Positions 1 through 8,308 of a stretch of 64,000 nucleotides of DNA are shown one piece after another. The DNA is from an uncultured Bacillota bacterium (GTDB lineage Bacteria; Bacillota; Clostridia; Acetivibrionales; DTU013). The stretch spans positions 399,566-463,565 of the forward strand of contig OW818679.1 of assembly GCA_942493145.1 (NCBI GenBank), read 5' to 3'. The position numbers and the translations under genes were made by a program. How positions within the stretch are numbered: the first letter of the stretch is position 1; each line of letters starts with the position of its first letter. The notes under the pieces were generated by a model that worked only from the letters and a program-made list of their open reading frames with translations, did no database searches and was not told where the DNA came from.

Positions 1-1127
1 TTGTAACCTTTTGAGGTGAGCAGCTCAACGGCTCTTGATGCGCTTTCTGCATCCGGCAGCGTTATCCTGATGCAGCCCATTTCCATTTCCCTGCTGTTTG
101 TTACATTGACATTCCTTATGTTAATTCCATCCATGCCAAGGACTGTTGCCAGTTCGCCGATGATTCCCGGTCTGTCCTCCACATCTATCAATATGTCGTA
201 TTCCGGCATGAGCAAGCCTTTGGAAACAACTGAAAGTGAGTCCCTGTATTCCTTTGCAGATTCGAAAAACGACCTGATCCAGGTTGTGTCTCCGTTCTCA
301 AGCCTGGAGCCGAATTTGGAAAGCATTTCGTCTATTTTCTCAAGAAGCCCCAATATATGATTTTTGTTGCTGAGAACAATGTTTTCCCACATCTCGGGGC
401 TGGATGAGGCTATCCTCGTTATGTCCCTGAAACCGCCCGCTGCAAGCAGCTGCATTTTATTGTCGTCTGTGTCCAGCGCCATGACCATGTTAACCAGCAG
501 GGAGGCTATGATATGCGGTATGTGGCTTATACCCCCTGTGACGAAGTCATGTTCATCGGCACTGATTATTATTGGAAAAGCTCCAATGGCCTTTGCAAGG
601 TCTGATAAGGCTTCAACTGCTGAGGACGGTGTATCGATGCCAGGAGTCAGTATATAGTATGCATTCTCGAACATATGAGAATATCCGGCATTGTAGCCTG
701 TTTTCTCAGAGCCTGCCATGGGATGACCACCGATGAAAAGTGGCGAATTGGGGAGCTTGCGTGCAAATTCCATTATCTCTCCCTTTGTGCTGGCGACATC
801 GGTCACCAGGCAGGAAGGCTTTACCTTACCGGCCAGGAGCTCAAGGTATTGCATTGTTTTTTTTACTGGAGTGCATATGAATATGATGTCTGAATCACTT
901 ATGTATTCCAGGGCATTGTCATCAAGGTCTGTGAACCCCCGAAGAATCACCCCGTCCGATAAGGCCTGGCTGAGTGCATCCGGGTTCCTGTTGACCGCCG
1001 TGATATCGGAGACGCCCGCCTTCATATATAATGCCCTGGCAAGCGAGCCTCCTATAAGGCCAAGTCCTAATATAGAAACTTTAAGGCCTGTTGTTTTAAT
1101 GTTTGAAAAAGCGGCATCATCCACCAT
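1..1127 (-). CDS. tyrA: Prephenate dehydrogenase (TyrA family); 3' end lies beyond the window start
   Basis: My reverse-strand translation from the ATG at 1127-1125 gives MVDDAAFSNIKTTGLKVSILGLGLIGGSLARALYMKAGV (GxGxxG NAD fold) and later LFIGGHPMAGSEKTGYNAGY (TyrA signature). The frame stays open to position 1, so it is absent from the ORF track. The + strand ORFs 16-1293 are its shadows. The start overlaps the aroF stop (ATGGTGGATGA). Confidence 0.8.
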   Translation of the reverse strand, partial: MVDDAAFSNIKTTGLKVSILGLGLIGGSLARALYMKAGVSDITAVNRNPDALSQALSDGVILRGFTDLDDNALEYISDSDIIFICTPVKKTMQYLELLAGKVKPSCLVTDVASTKGEIMEFARKLPNSPLFIGGHPMAGSEKTGYNAGYSHMFENAYYILTPGIDTPSSAVEALSDLAKAIGAFPIIISADEHDFVTGGISHIPHIIASLLVNMVMALDTDDNKMQLLAAGGFRDITRIASSSPEMWENIVLSNKNHILGLLEKIDEMLSKFGSRLENGDTTWIRSFFESAKEYRDSLSVVSKGLLMPEYDILIDVEDRPGIIGELATVLGMDGINIRNVNVTNSREMEMGCIRITLPDAESASRAVELLTSKGY

Positions 1128-2178
1128 ATTTGAACTCCCTGTCAGCAATGGGGGCAATCCTTTCAATATCCCTGCAGAGGATGTCGAAAGCTGCCGGCGT
1201 GATTTGTTGGGCGGCGTCCGAAAGAGCATGCCTGGGGTCGGGATGTACCTCTATGATAAGGCCGTCCGCACCTGCTGCAACAGCTGCCTTTGAGAGGGCG
1301 AGAATGTATTGGGTCTTGCCTGCTGCATGGCTGGGATCCACCATTATCGGAAGATGGCTGGTGTTTTTGATCACAGGTATGGCGCTGATGTCCAGGGTAT
1401 TCCTGGTTGCAGTTTCAAATGTACGGATACCCCTCTCGCAGAGGATGACGTTGTAATTGCCTTCGCTTATTATATATTCCGCTGCATTGAGCCATTCTTC
1501 TATGGTTGTGGAGGAGCCGCGCTTGAACAGAACTGGTTTCTTCGAGCGACCGACTTCTTTCAGCAACTCGAAGTTCTGGCTGTTACGGGCTCCGATCTGG
1601 AACATGTCCACATATTTATCCGATATCTCCAATGACCTTTCACTGATGACTTCCGTAACGATCTGAAGTCCGGTGGCTTCCTTGGCTTCCTTAAGTAGCC
1701 GGAGGCCCTCTTCCTCTAAACCCTGGAAAGAATATGGCGAGGTCCTGGGCTTGAAGGCGCCGCCCCTAAGGAATTTCGCCCCTGATTTCTTAACGGCTTC
1801 TGCAGCCGCCAATATCTGTTCCCTGCTTTCAACTGCGCAAGGGCCTGCCATCATGACAATTTCCTTCCCCCCGATCTTGACACCGTTTACATCAATGATG
1901 CTGGGTGTGGGCTTGAAGGTTTTTCCGGCCAGTTTGTATGTCTCCATTATGGGGACGAGCTTTTCCACGCCAGGCAACAGTTCAATGGGTATATCGCTGA
2001 GCAGTCTTTTATCGCCTATTACTCCGATTATCGTCCTTTCAGTACCCTTAGAGATGTGTACACCGAGTCCCATTGATTCAAGGACGGAGGAGACTTCTTT
2101 TATTTCACTTTCACTTGAATTTGTTTTCATTACTATTATCATGGAAGTAATACCTTTCTTTTTAATATCCAGTCGCAT
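1117..2178 (-). CDS. aroF: 3-deoxy-7-phosphoheptulonate (DAHP) synthase, type I-beta, with an N-terminal regulatory domain
   Basis: 353-aa ORF. The core has GPCAVES, FKPRTSPYSFQG and MVDPSH motifs typical of KDSA-like DAHP synthases. An extra ~90-aa N-terminal ACT/ferredoxin-like domain is present. It is translationally coupled to tyrA. Confidence 0.9.
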   Translation of the reverse strand: MRLDIKKKGITSMIIVMKTNSSESEIKEVSSVLESMGLGVHISKGTERTIIGVIGDKRLLSDIPIELLPGVEKLVPIMETYKLAGKTFKPTPSIIDVNGVKIGGKEIVMMAGPCAVESREQILAAAEAVKKSGAKFLRGGAFKPRTSPYSFQGLEEEGLRLLKEAKEATGLQIVTEVISERSLEISDKYVDMFQIGARNSQNFELLKEVGRSKKPVLFKRGSSTTIEEWLNAAEYIISEGNYNVILCERGIRTFETATRNTLDISAIPVIKNTSHLPIMVDPSHAAGKTQYILALSKAAVAAGADGLIIEVHPDPRHALSDAAQQITPAAFDILCRDIERIAPIADREFKYGG

Positions 2179-2239
2179 TTTATGGGATTTATTATATAGA
2201 ATTCATTCTGATCATGAATTTTATCCGGATTGTTTTTGA

Positions 2240-2287
2240 CTATCTCATATTAGATTTTAATTTACAATGAGATAGAACAAATGTCAA
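2240..2287 (-). promoter_or_regulatory. Putative sigma-A promoter of aroF-tyrA overlapped by a 9-bp inverted repeat (candidate operator)
   Basis: On the minus strand: TTGACA (2287-2282), 17 nt, TAAATT (2264-2259). The inverted repeat CTATCTCAT (2240-2248) / ATGAGATAG (2267-2275) brackets the -10 element. Confidence 0.35.
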
Positions 2288-2395
2288 GGAATCAGGGGAT
2301 TTATTACATATTGTTGATTGTTTGAACGAAAAGTCAGCGATGACTTGTTTGAGCTTATTTGGCGAAGATCTGCCAATAATTCTCTTGAAACAGGG

Positions 2396-2423
2396 GCAAT
2401 GTGTGTTATAATATAGATTGTGT
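2396..2423 (+). promoter_or_regulatory. Putative sigma-A promoter (extended -10) for the EF-G paralog
   Basis: TTGAAA (2396-2401), 16 nt, TGtTATAAT (2415-2423). Confidence 0.4.
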
Positions 2424-2589
2424 TATCCGGTCCCATAGATTTTTGAATTTCCTGGTAGTTTATTATGACTTCAATAAAAAAGTGCTGAATAAAGGTCAAA
2501 TTGGTATTTTTTTCTGAAGTATAGTTAAAATAATAAATGTCGGACTTAGCAAATTTAAACAAATCGATAGGTGACAAGGGGGAATTGTT

Positions 2590-4680
2590 ATGAAAGATTA
2601 TACCGTGGAGAAATTGCGCAACATCTGTCTTATGTCCCACGGAGGATCCGGCAAGACGACGCTTGCTGAAGCAATGCTTTTCAACACAGGAGTTCTTGAC
2701 AGATTGGGAAAGGTCCTCGATGGGACAACCACTACCGATTATGACCCGGAAGAGATCAAAAGGAAGATCTCCATCAACACAGCCATAGCGCCTTGCGAAT
2801 GGAGAGACTGCAAGATCAATGTCATTGACACCCCGGGATATTTTGACTTTGTAGGTGAAGTGAAGCAGGGGATCAGAGTTGCAGATTCTGCATTGATTCT
2901 GGTTTCTGGAAAAAGCGGAGTATCTGTAGGCACGGAAAAATCATGGGCCTTTGCGAATGAACAGGGTATCCCCAAAATGTTCTTTGTCAGTAAGATGGAC
3001 GAAGAAAATGCAGATTTCTTTAAAGTTCTCGATCAACTCACAACCACTTTCGGAAAAGGTGTAATTGCCTTCCAACTCCCAATAATTGAAAACGAAAAGT
3101 TTTTTGGAATAGTAGATGTACTCAGTATGACGGCGAAAAAGTTCGACACGGATAAGTTTGTTGATACGGCTGTCCCTGCCGGTTTAAACGATAGGATCTC
3201 TGCAATCAAGGAAGCATTGAATGAAGTTATTGCAGAGACAGATGAAGTCCTGATGGAAAAATTCTTCAGCGGAGAAGAATTCACACCGGAAGAGATCCAT
3301 AAAGGTCTGCGCCTTGGTATTGCTGATGGCTCCATAGTACCTGTTCTATGCGGTTCTGCACTTAACAACCTTGGAATAAAGGCTTTGATGGATGAGATAA
3401 TAGAGTACATGCCTGCTCCCAGCGACAGGCCGGTAGTAAAAGCGAAAAAGCCAGGTACCGACGATGTTGTCGAATTGAAGGTGGCTCCGACAGAACCATT
3501 GTCAGCCCTGGTTTTTAAGACAATAGCAGATCCATTTGTCGGAAAGATATCCATTTTCAGAGTTTATTCCGGAACACTGAAGTCAGACTCTACGGTATAT
3601 AATTCAACGTCTGAAAAATCAGAAAAGACAGCTCAAGTGTACATGCTCAGAGGTAAAAAGCAGGTGCCTGTTGACAAGTTGATTGCCGGCGATATCGGTG
3701 CTGTAGCCAAATTGCAATTTACCAATACGAACGATACCCTTTGCGATCAGGCCAAGGCTGTCGTGCTTGACAAGATAGAATTCCCTGAACCTGCGCTTTC
3801 ACTGGCTGTTGAGCCAAAATCCAAGGGCGACGAGGAAAAAATAGGATCCGGTCTGCACAAGCTTCAGGATGAAGATCCCACATTCAAGGTGGCACTTAAC
3901 ACCGAGACACACCAGACAATAATATCCGGTGTCGGCGAGCAGCATCTTGACGTTATCGTAAGCAAGCTGAAGGCCAAATTCGGTGTATCGGTCAACCTCA
4001 TAGACCCCAAGGTACCCTACAGGGAAACCATCAAGAAGAAGGTCAAGATTGAAGGCAAGCACAAGAAACAATCGGGCGGCCACGGCCAGTTCGGGCATGT
4101 CTGGATAGAATTCGAACACGGCGAGACAGAGGATCTCTTTTTTGAAGAAAAGATCTTCGGCGGCTCTGTTCCGAAGCAATATCATCCGGCTGTTGAAAAA
4201 GGCTTGAGGGAAGCTATAGTAAAAGGCATACTTGCAGGATATCCTGTAGTGAACCTTAAGGCTACTCTTGTGGACGGTTCCTACCATGATGTCGATTCAT
4301 CGGAAATGGCCTTCAAGATAGCGGCCAGGCTTGCATACAAAAAAGGTCTCCCGCTTGCTAATCCGGTACTTCTTGAGCCCATCAGCCGCGTTGATGTTTA
4401 TATCCCCGACCACTACATGGGTGATATCATAGGCGACCTCAACAAACGCAGAGGCAGAATCCTCGGAATGAATCCACAGGATGGAGGAATTCAGGAGGTA
4501 GTTGCGGATGTTCCGACAGCTGAGATGTTCAAGTATGCTAACGACCTGAGGTCCATGACCCAGGGCAGAGGCTGGTTCAAGCAGACCTTCGACCGATATG
4601 AGGAAGCACCTGCAAATGTCTCCCAGAAGGTCATTGAAGAGGCCAAGAAGCATATGGTTGAGGATGAGGAAGAGGATTAG
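2590..4680 (+). CDS. Elongation factor G family GTPase (second-copy EF-G-like paralog, not in a str operon context)
   Basis: 696 aa. The G1 motif is SHGGSGKTT and G3 is DTPGYFDF. The full five-domain EF-G length is present. The conserved C-terminus contains EPI..V.V..P....G.I.GDLN.RRG.I.GM. Confidence 0.9.
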   Translation: MKDYTVEKLRNICLMSHGGSGKTTLAEAMLFNTGVLDRLGKVLDGTTTTDYDPEEIKRKISINTAIAPCEWRDCKINVIDTPGYFDFVGEVKQGIRVADSALILVSGKSGVSVGTEKSWAFANEQGIPKMFFVSKMDEENADFFKVLDQLTTTFGKGVIAFQLPIIENEKFFGIVDVLSMTAKKFDTDKFVDTAVPAGLNDRISAIKEALNEVIAETDEVLMEKFFSGEEFTPEEIHKGLRLGIADGSIVPVLCGSALNNLGIKALMDEIIEYMPAPSDRPVVKAKKPGTDDVVELKVAPTEPLSALVFKTIADPFVGKISIFRVYSGTLKSDSTVYNSTSEKSEKTAQVYMLRGKKQVPVDKLIAGDIGAVAKLQFTNTNDTLCDQAKAVVLDKIEFPEPALSLAVEPKSKGDEEKIGSGLHKLQDEDPTFKVALNTETHQTIISGVGEQHLDVIVSKLKAKFGVSVNLIDPKVPYRETIKKKVKIEGKHKKQSGGHGQFGHVWIEFEHGETEDLFFEEKIFGGSVPKQYHPAVEKGLREAIVKGILAGYPVVNLKATLVDGSYHDVDSSEMAFKIAARLAYKKGLPLANPVLLEPISRVDVYIPDHYMGDIIGDLNKRRGRILGMNPQDGGIQEVVADVPTAEMFKYANDLRSMTQGRGWFKQTFDRYEEAPANVSQKVIEEAKKHMVEDEEED

Positions 4681-4725
4681 GAACTATTACTTTCGAATCG
4701 CAATAAAGGCGAAGAGCCACAGCCA

Positions 4726-4762
4726 AAAGCCTCAGGGGTTTGATGCCCCTGAGGCTTTTCTT
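4726..4762 (+). terminator. Rho-independent terminator after the EF-G paralog
   Basis: GCCTCAGGGG (4729-4738) pairs with CCCCTGAGGC (4746-4755), followed by TTTTCTT. Confidence 0.7.
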
Positions 4763-4902
4763 AAATCAATGACATATTAGTATTGAAGCATATGGAACTT
4801 TAATCAACGGATGACGTCATAAATAACAGGAATAACAAGTAGAACTGGTTAATAGAGATAGCTTGGAAAAAGCAACCCGAAATAGTTAAAGGAGGGCTTG
4901 AA

Positions 4903-5985
4903 ATGAATAGGAACAAAAAATTCGCCAGAACAACCGGGATACTCGCTACACTGCTTATATCAATACTTATGGTATCATTGCTTGCCGGATGCGGATCTTC
5001 CGGAACGGCAACGTCTGATGAGGCAGCAACCCAGGCGATGGATATGAATGGTGTGGCACCTGCGGCAGAAGCTCCGGCAATGGCAGGGGGCGTAACGTAT
5101 ACCAGCTCTGATAAGGGCAAATCAGATAGTGGGTTTGCTGACGCTGCCGGGTATGCCGGACCGGACAGAGCTTCGGAAGAAGGGGCTGTAACGGTCACCT
5201 CGATTGGTGGCGGGGTGGATGTGTCTCAGGATGTGTCCAATGCAATCCTGGCCGAGAGGAAAGTCATACGCAGCGCCAATGTATCCCTTGAGGTGGAGAA
5301 TTTTGATGAGGCTTATGGACAGATCAGCAATTTCATCCTCGGTATCGGTTATATCCAGAGTACCAGTATTGATACTGACAAGGTATATATCAGCAAAGAA
5401 GAAACGAAGCTGGTCCGCAATGGAATGATGGTAATCAGGATTGACAAGGATCGTTTCGATAAAGTGCTCAACAGCCTGAAAGGCATTGGAACCGTACTTA
5501 GCTGGAACCTTAACAGCGAGGACGTCACGAAAAACTTCATAGATACGGAATCAAGGCTCAGACTTCTGAAAATAGAGGAGAGCAAGATTGAAGAATACAT
5601 GAAGAAACTCACAGACCTTGACCAGATATACAAGACCGAGAGTAAACTCACCGAGCTCAGGTACCAGATTGAGGCACTTACAGGAAATCTGAGACAGATG
5701 TCCGACCTTGTGGACCTTTCAACAATTACTATAAATATCAGCGAGAAATACCCAGATGCGCTGAATAAACCTGAAGAGCCAAAGACATACGGACAGAGGC
5801 TTTTGCAAAATCTCTCAGATAGCTTCAAAGGAGTGATAAACTTTGTCGGCGAGCTGATAATCATTCTTGTCGCTGCACTCCCGGTGCTGATTCTTTTAGG
5901 ACTTGTCGCAATAGCGGCAATAGTGTTGTACAGACGCACTTCCAAAAGGTACAGGAATAAGGACGATAACGAAATCAAAAAATAA
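4903..5985 (+). CDS. DUF4349-like lipoprotein with coiled-coil region and C-terminal membrane anchor
   Basis: 360 aa. The signal peptide has the lipobox LLAGC. The central region V(I/R)SANVSLEVENFDEAYGQISNFI is typical of DUF4349. The C-terminal hydrophobic helix is LIIILVAALPVLILLGLVAIAAIVL. Confidence 0.7.
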   Translation: MNRNKKFARTTGILATLLISILMVSLLAGCGSSGTATSDEAATQAMDMNGVAPAAEAPAMAGGVTYTSSDKGKSDSGFADAAGYAGPDRASEEGAVTVTSIGGGVDVSQDVSNAILAERKVIRSANVSLEVENFDEAYGQISNFILGIGYIQSTSIDTDKVYISKEETKLVRNGMMVIRIDKDRFDKVLNSLKGIGTVLSWNLNSEDVTKNFIDTESRLRLLKIEESKIEEYMKKLTDLDQIYKTESKLTELRYQIEALTGNLRQMSDLVDLSTITINISEKYPDALNKPEEPKTYGQRLLQNLSDSFKGVINFVGELIIILVAALPVLILLGLVAIAAIVLYRRTSKRYRNKDDNEIKK

Positions 5986-6007
5986 ACATATGAATGTACC
6001 GTAAGTA

Positions 6008-6052
6008 AAAGGACAGGGGCGTATCAAGCACGATAAACCCCTGTCTTTTTAT
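6008..6052 (+). terminator. Rho-independent terminator
   Basis: GACAGGGG (6012-6019) pairs with CCCCTGTC (6038-6045), followed by a T5 run. Confidence 0.7.
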
Positions 6053-6087
6053 GTTGTGATTATTATCCATACAGGATGAATTCATAC

Positions 6088-6116
6088 TTGAATTAATAAT
6101 CGACTTGTTTTATAAT
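6088..6116 (+). promoter_or_regulatory. Sigma-A promoter of the ctsR operon
   Basis: TTGAAT (6088-6093), 17 nt, TATAAT (6111-6116). Confidence 0.65.
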
Positions 6117-6124
6117 AAAGTTAA

Positions 6125-6141
6125 AGTCAAAGATAGTCAAA
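6125..6141 (+). promoter_or_regulatory. CtsR operator (heptad direct repeat)
   Basis: AGTCAAAGATAGTCAAA matches the CtsR box consensus RGTCAAA-NAN-RGTCAAA. It lies immediately downstream of the -10 element, as in autoregulated ctsR operons. Confidence 0.8.
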
Positions 6142-6238
6142 ATCAAACAGGCCAATATCAAACAGGTCAATATTGATAAGAACAGACCGATATTGATAAG
6201 AAACGTACTTAAAGAGAAATGAGAACGAGGTGAAGCAA

Positions 6239-6703
6239 ATGGCAAGGATGAGTGACATTATTGAAGCATTCTTAAAGCAGTTGATTGATGATACCGACGG
6301 TACCATTGAAATACAAAGGAATGAGCTGGCAACCCATTTTAAATGTGTACCCTCACAGATCAATTATGTGATAGGCACAAGGTTCACAACGGAGAGAGGC
6401 TACTATGTTGAGAGCAGAAGGGGTGGCGGGGGCAATATCAAGATCAGGCGGGTCAACATCAATCGCCCCGGCAACTATCTCATGCATATAATATCATCCA
6501 TGGGGAGCAGCATCACTCAGCAGTCGGCGGATATCTTCATAAACAATTTCATAGATTATGAAGTGATATCCCTCAGGGAAGGTCTGCTGCTGAAAGCCGC
6601 AACCAGCGACAAGGTGATTGGCGTTGTCAGGATGCCCGAAAGAGATATCATCAGAGCGGCGATACTTAAAAATATGCTTGCCAGCCTGCTGGTTGATTTT
6701 TAA
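6239..6703 (+). CDS. ctsR: CtsR, class III stress-gene repressor
   Basis: MARMSDIIEAFLKQLI... with the glycine-rich loop ESRRGGGGNIKI characteristic of CtsR. The RBS GAGGTG precedes the ATG at 6239. The ORF track starts at an upstream GTG at 6230. Confidence 0.92.
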   Translation: MARMSDIIEAFLKQLIDDTDGTIEIQRNELATHFKCVPSQINYVIGTRFTTERGYYVESRRGGGGNIKIRRVNINRPGNYLMHIISSMGSSITQQSADIFINNFIDYEVISLREGLLLKAATSDKVIGVVRMPERDIIRAAILKNMLASLLVDF

Positions 6704-6752
6704 TATTTACGTTTGCATAGAAATTTTGGGGTAAGAATAATTATAAGGGGTG

Positions 6753-7265
6753 ATGGAAATGTTATGCCAGCTATGTAAAAAGAGAACTGCCAATGTCCAG
6801 ATTACCCAAATTGTAAATAATAACAAATCAGTTATGTATATTTGTCACCAATGTGCAAAGGAAAAGGGGCAACTGGATATTGGGGCGGCTTTGAACCTTG
6901 CAAATTTTGTGTCTGGCATAATAGGAAACGCTTCTAATGCCCAGACCCAGGTGGAAGAAGGAGAAAAATGCGAAGTGTGCGGCATGTCCTTCGGAGATGT
7001 GAAAAAGACCGGAAAACTTGGATGCAGTAACTGCTATACAATATATGGAGAAAGGCTTTTGCCGATACTTAAAAGAATCCATGGGAATACAATACACAGA
7101 GGCCGTTACCCTGAAAGGGTGGCGGGTGAGATAATGGCATCAAGGGAACTGGAGAATCTTAAGGACTCTCTTTCCAAAGCTATTGAGCTTGAGGAGTATG
7201 AAAAGGCCGCTGTCTTGAGGGACAGGATAAAATTAACGGAAAGCGGGATGGAAATGCATGGCTGA
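6753..7265 (+). CDS. mcsA: McsA (UvrB/UvrC-motif and zinc-finger protein, activator of McsB)
   Basis: The N-terminus has CxxC pairs (CQLC, CHQC, CEVC, CSNC). The C-terminus has the UVR motif LEEYEKAAVLRDRI. It overlaps mcsB by 8 nt. Confidence 0.9.
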   Translation: MEMLCQLCKKRTANVQITQIVNNNKSVMYICHQCAKEKGQLDIGAALNLANFVSGIIGNASNAQTQVEEGEKCEVCGMSFGDVKKTGKLGCSNCYTIYGERLLPILKRIHGNTIHRGRYPERVAGEIMASRELENLKDSLSKAIELEEYEKAAVLRDRIKLTESGMEMHG

Positions 7266-8304
7266 CAATTCAGAAATAAGGAATATATATTCAGACATTG
7301 CCATAAGCAGTCGGGTAAGGCTTGCCCGTAATATTTCACATCTCCCCTTTCCCAACAGGATGAAACCCGGGCAGGGTGAGGATGTCGTAAAAAAGGTTAA
7401 AGAGGCGTTGCTGGAAAGCAGCGAGTCTTTCGGTCAGAGCCTCCAATTCATGGATATCGACAAGCTTGGTTCGGTAGATTGCCAGACGCTTGTTGAAAAG
7501 CATCTGATAAGCCCTGAATTGTGTGATGGAAGGATGAATGCGGCTGTTATTATCGGTTATAATGAGAAAATCAGCATTATGATAAACGAAGAAGACCATT
7601 TAAGGATACAAAGTATTTATCCGGGGATGGAGCTGGAGGAAGCATGGAAATTGTGCAATAAGCTGGACTGCCTTATACAGGAAAAGATCGATCTTGCTTA
7701 TGACGCAAAACTTGGTTACCTTACATGTTGCCCCACAAATGTCGGAACCGGTATCCGGGCTTCCGTGATGATGCATCTGCCATCCTTGAGTATAACGGGA
7801 TATTTGAAGAACATTTTTGAAGCCTGTGGAAAACTGGGAGTTGCGATAAGGGGAATGTACGGGGAAAACAGCGAAGCATCAGGCAACATCTATCAGATAT
7901 CAAACCAGGTAACACTTGGATTGACAGAAGAAGAGATAATTGCAAGCATTAAAAGCATTGCACTTCAGATAATGGATCAGGAGAGGACACTCAGACAGGA
8001 GCTTTACAAAAAAAATTCATACAGGTTCGAGGATATGATTTTCCGATCACTGGGGACACTGGGCAATGCCAGGATACTGACCTCGGAGGAAAGCCTCAAA
8101 CTACTTTCCGATGTAAGGCTCGGTGTTGATATGGGATTGATTAAAGGCTTGAAGCCTGAGGATTTGAATGAAATAACTGTAAGTATACAGCCTGCAAACC
8201 TTCAAAAAATGGCCGGAAGGAACCTGAGCCATGAAGAAAGGGATGTCAGGAGGGCTGAGTACGTAAGGAATATAGTAAACGGAACACAACAGAGATTGGA
8301 GTGA
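7258..8304 (+). CDS. mcsB: Protein arginine kinase McsB (ATP:guanido phosphotransferase family)
   Basis: 348 aa with EEDHLRIQ and CPTNVGTG(I/L)RAS motifs of the phosphagen-kinase fold. Confidence 0.92.
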   Translation: MADNSEIRNIYSDIAISSRVRLARNISHLPFPNRMKPGQGEDVVKKVKEALLESSESFGQSLQFMDIDKLGSVDCQTLVEKHLISPELCDGRMNAAVIIGYNEKISIMINEEDHLRIQSIYPGMELEEAWKLCNKLDCLIQEKIDLAYDAKLGYLTCCPTNVGTGIRASVMMHLPSLSITGYLKNIFEACGKLGVAIRGMYGENSEASGNIYQISNQVTLGLTEEEIIASIKSIALQIMDQERTLRQELYKKNSYRFEDMIFRSLGTLGNARILTSEESLKLLSDVRLGVDMGLIKGLKPEDLNEITVSIQPANLQKMAGRNLSHEERDVRRAEYVRNIVNGTQQRLE

Positions 8305-8308
8305 TATT

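Noticed and set aside
16-1293. Several + strand ORFs (16-360, 364-657, 733-1293, 1103-1456)
   Set aside because: They lie antisense to the clearly recognisable tyrA/aroF coding sequence. They have low-complexity, Ser/Leu-rich composition and no RBS. They are shadow ORFs.
2284-2640. 118-aa minus-strand ORF in the aroF / EF-G intergenic region
   Set aside because: It is AT-rich and Asn/Ile/Phe-rich, overlaps the EF-G start and promoter, and has no RBS. It is probably spurious.
5349-5978. 209-aa minus-strand ORF
   Set aside because: It is entirely antisense to the DUF4349 lipoprotein gene, with Ser/Leu-rich shadow composition.
6143-6172. Second and third CtsR boxes in the tandem 15-mers
   Set aside because: The half-sites TCAAA/GTCAAT are present. 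The spacing and the leading RG positions do not fit the RGTCAAA-NAN-RGTCAAA consensus, so they are not called as operators.
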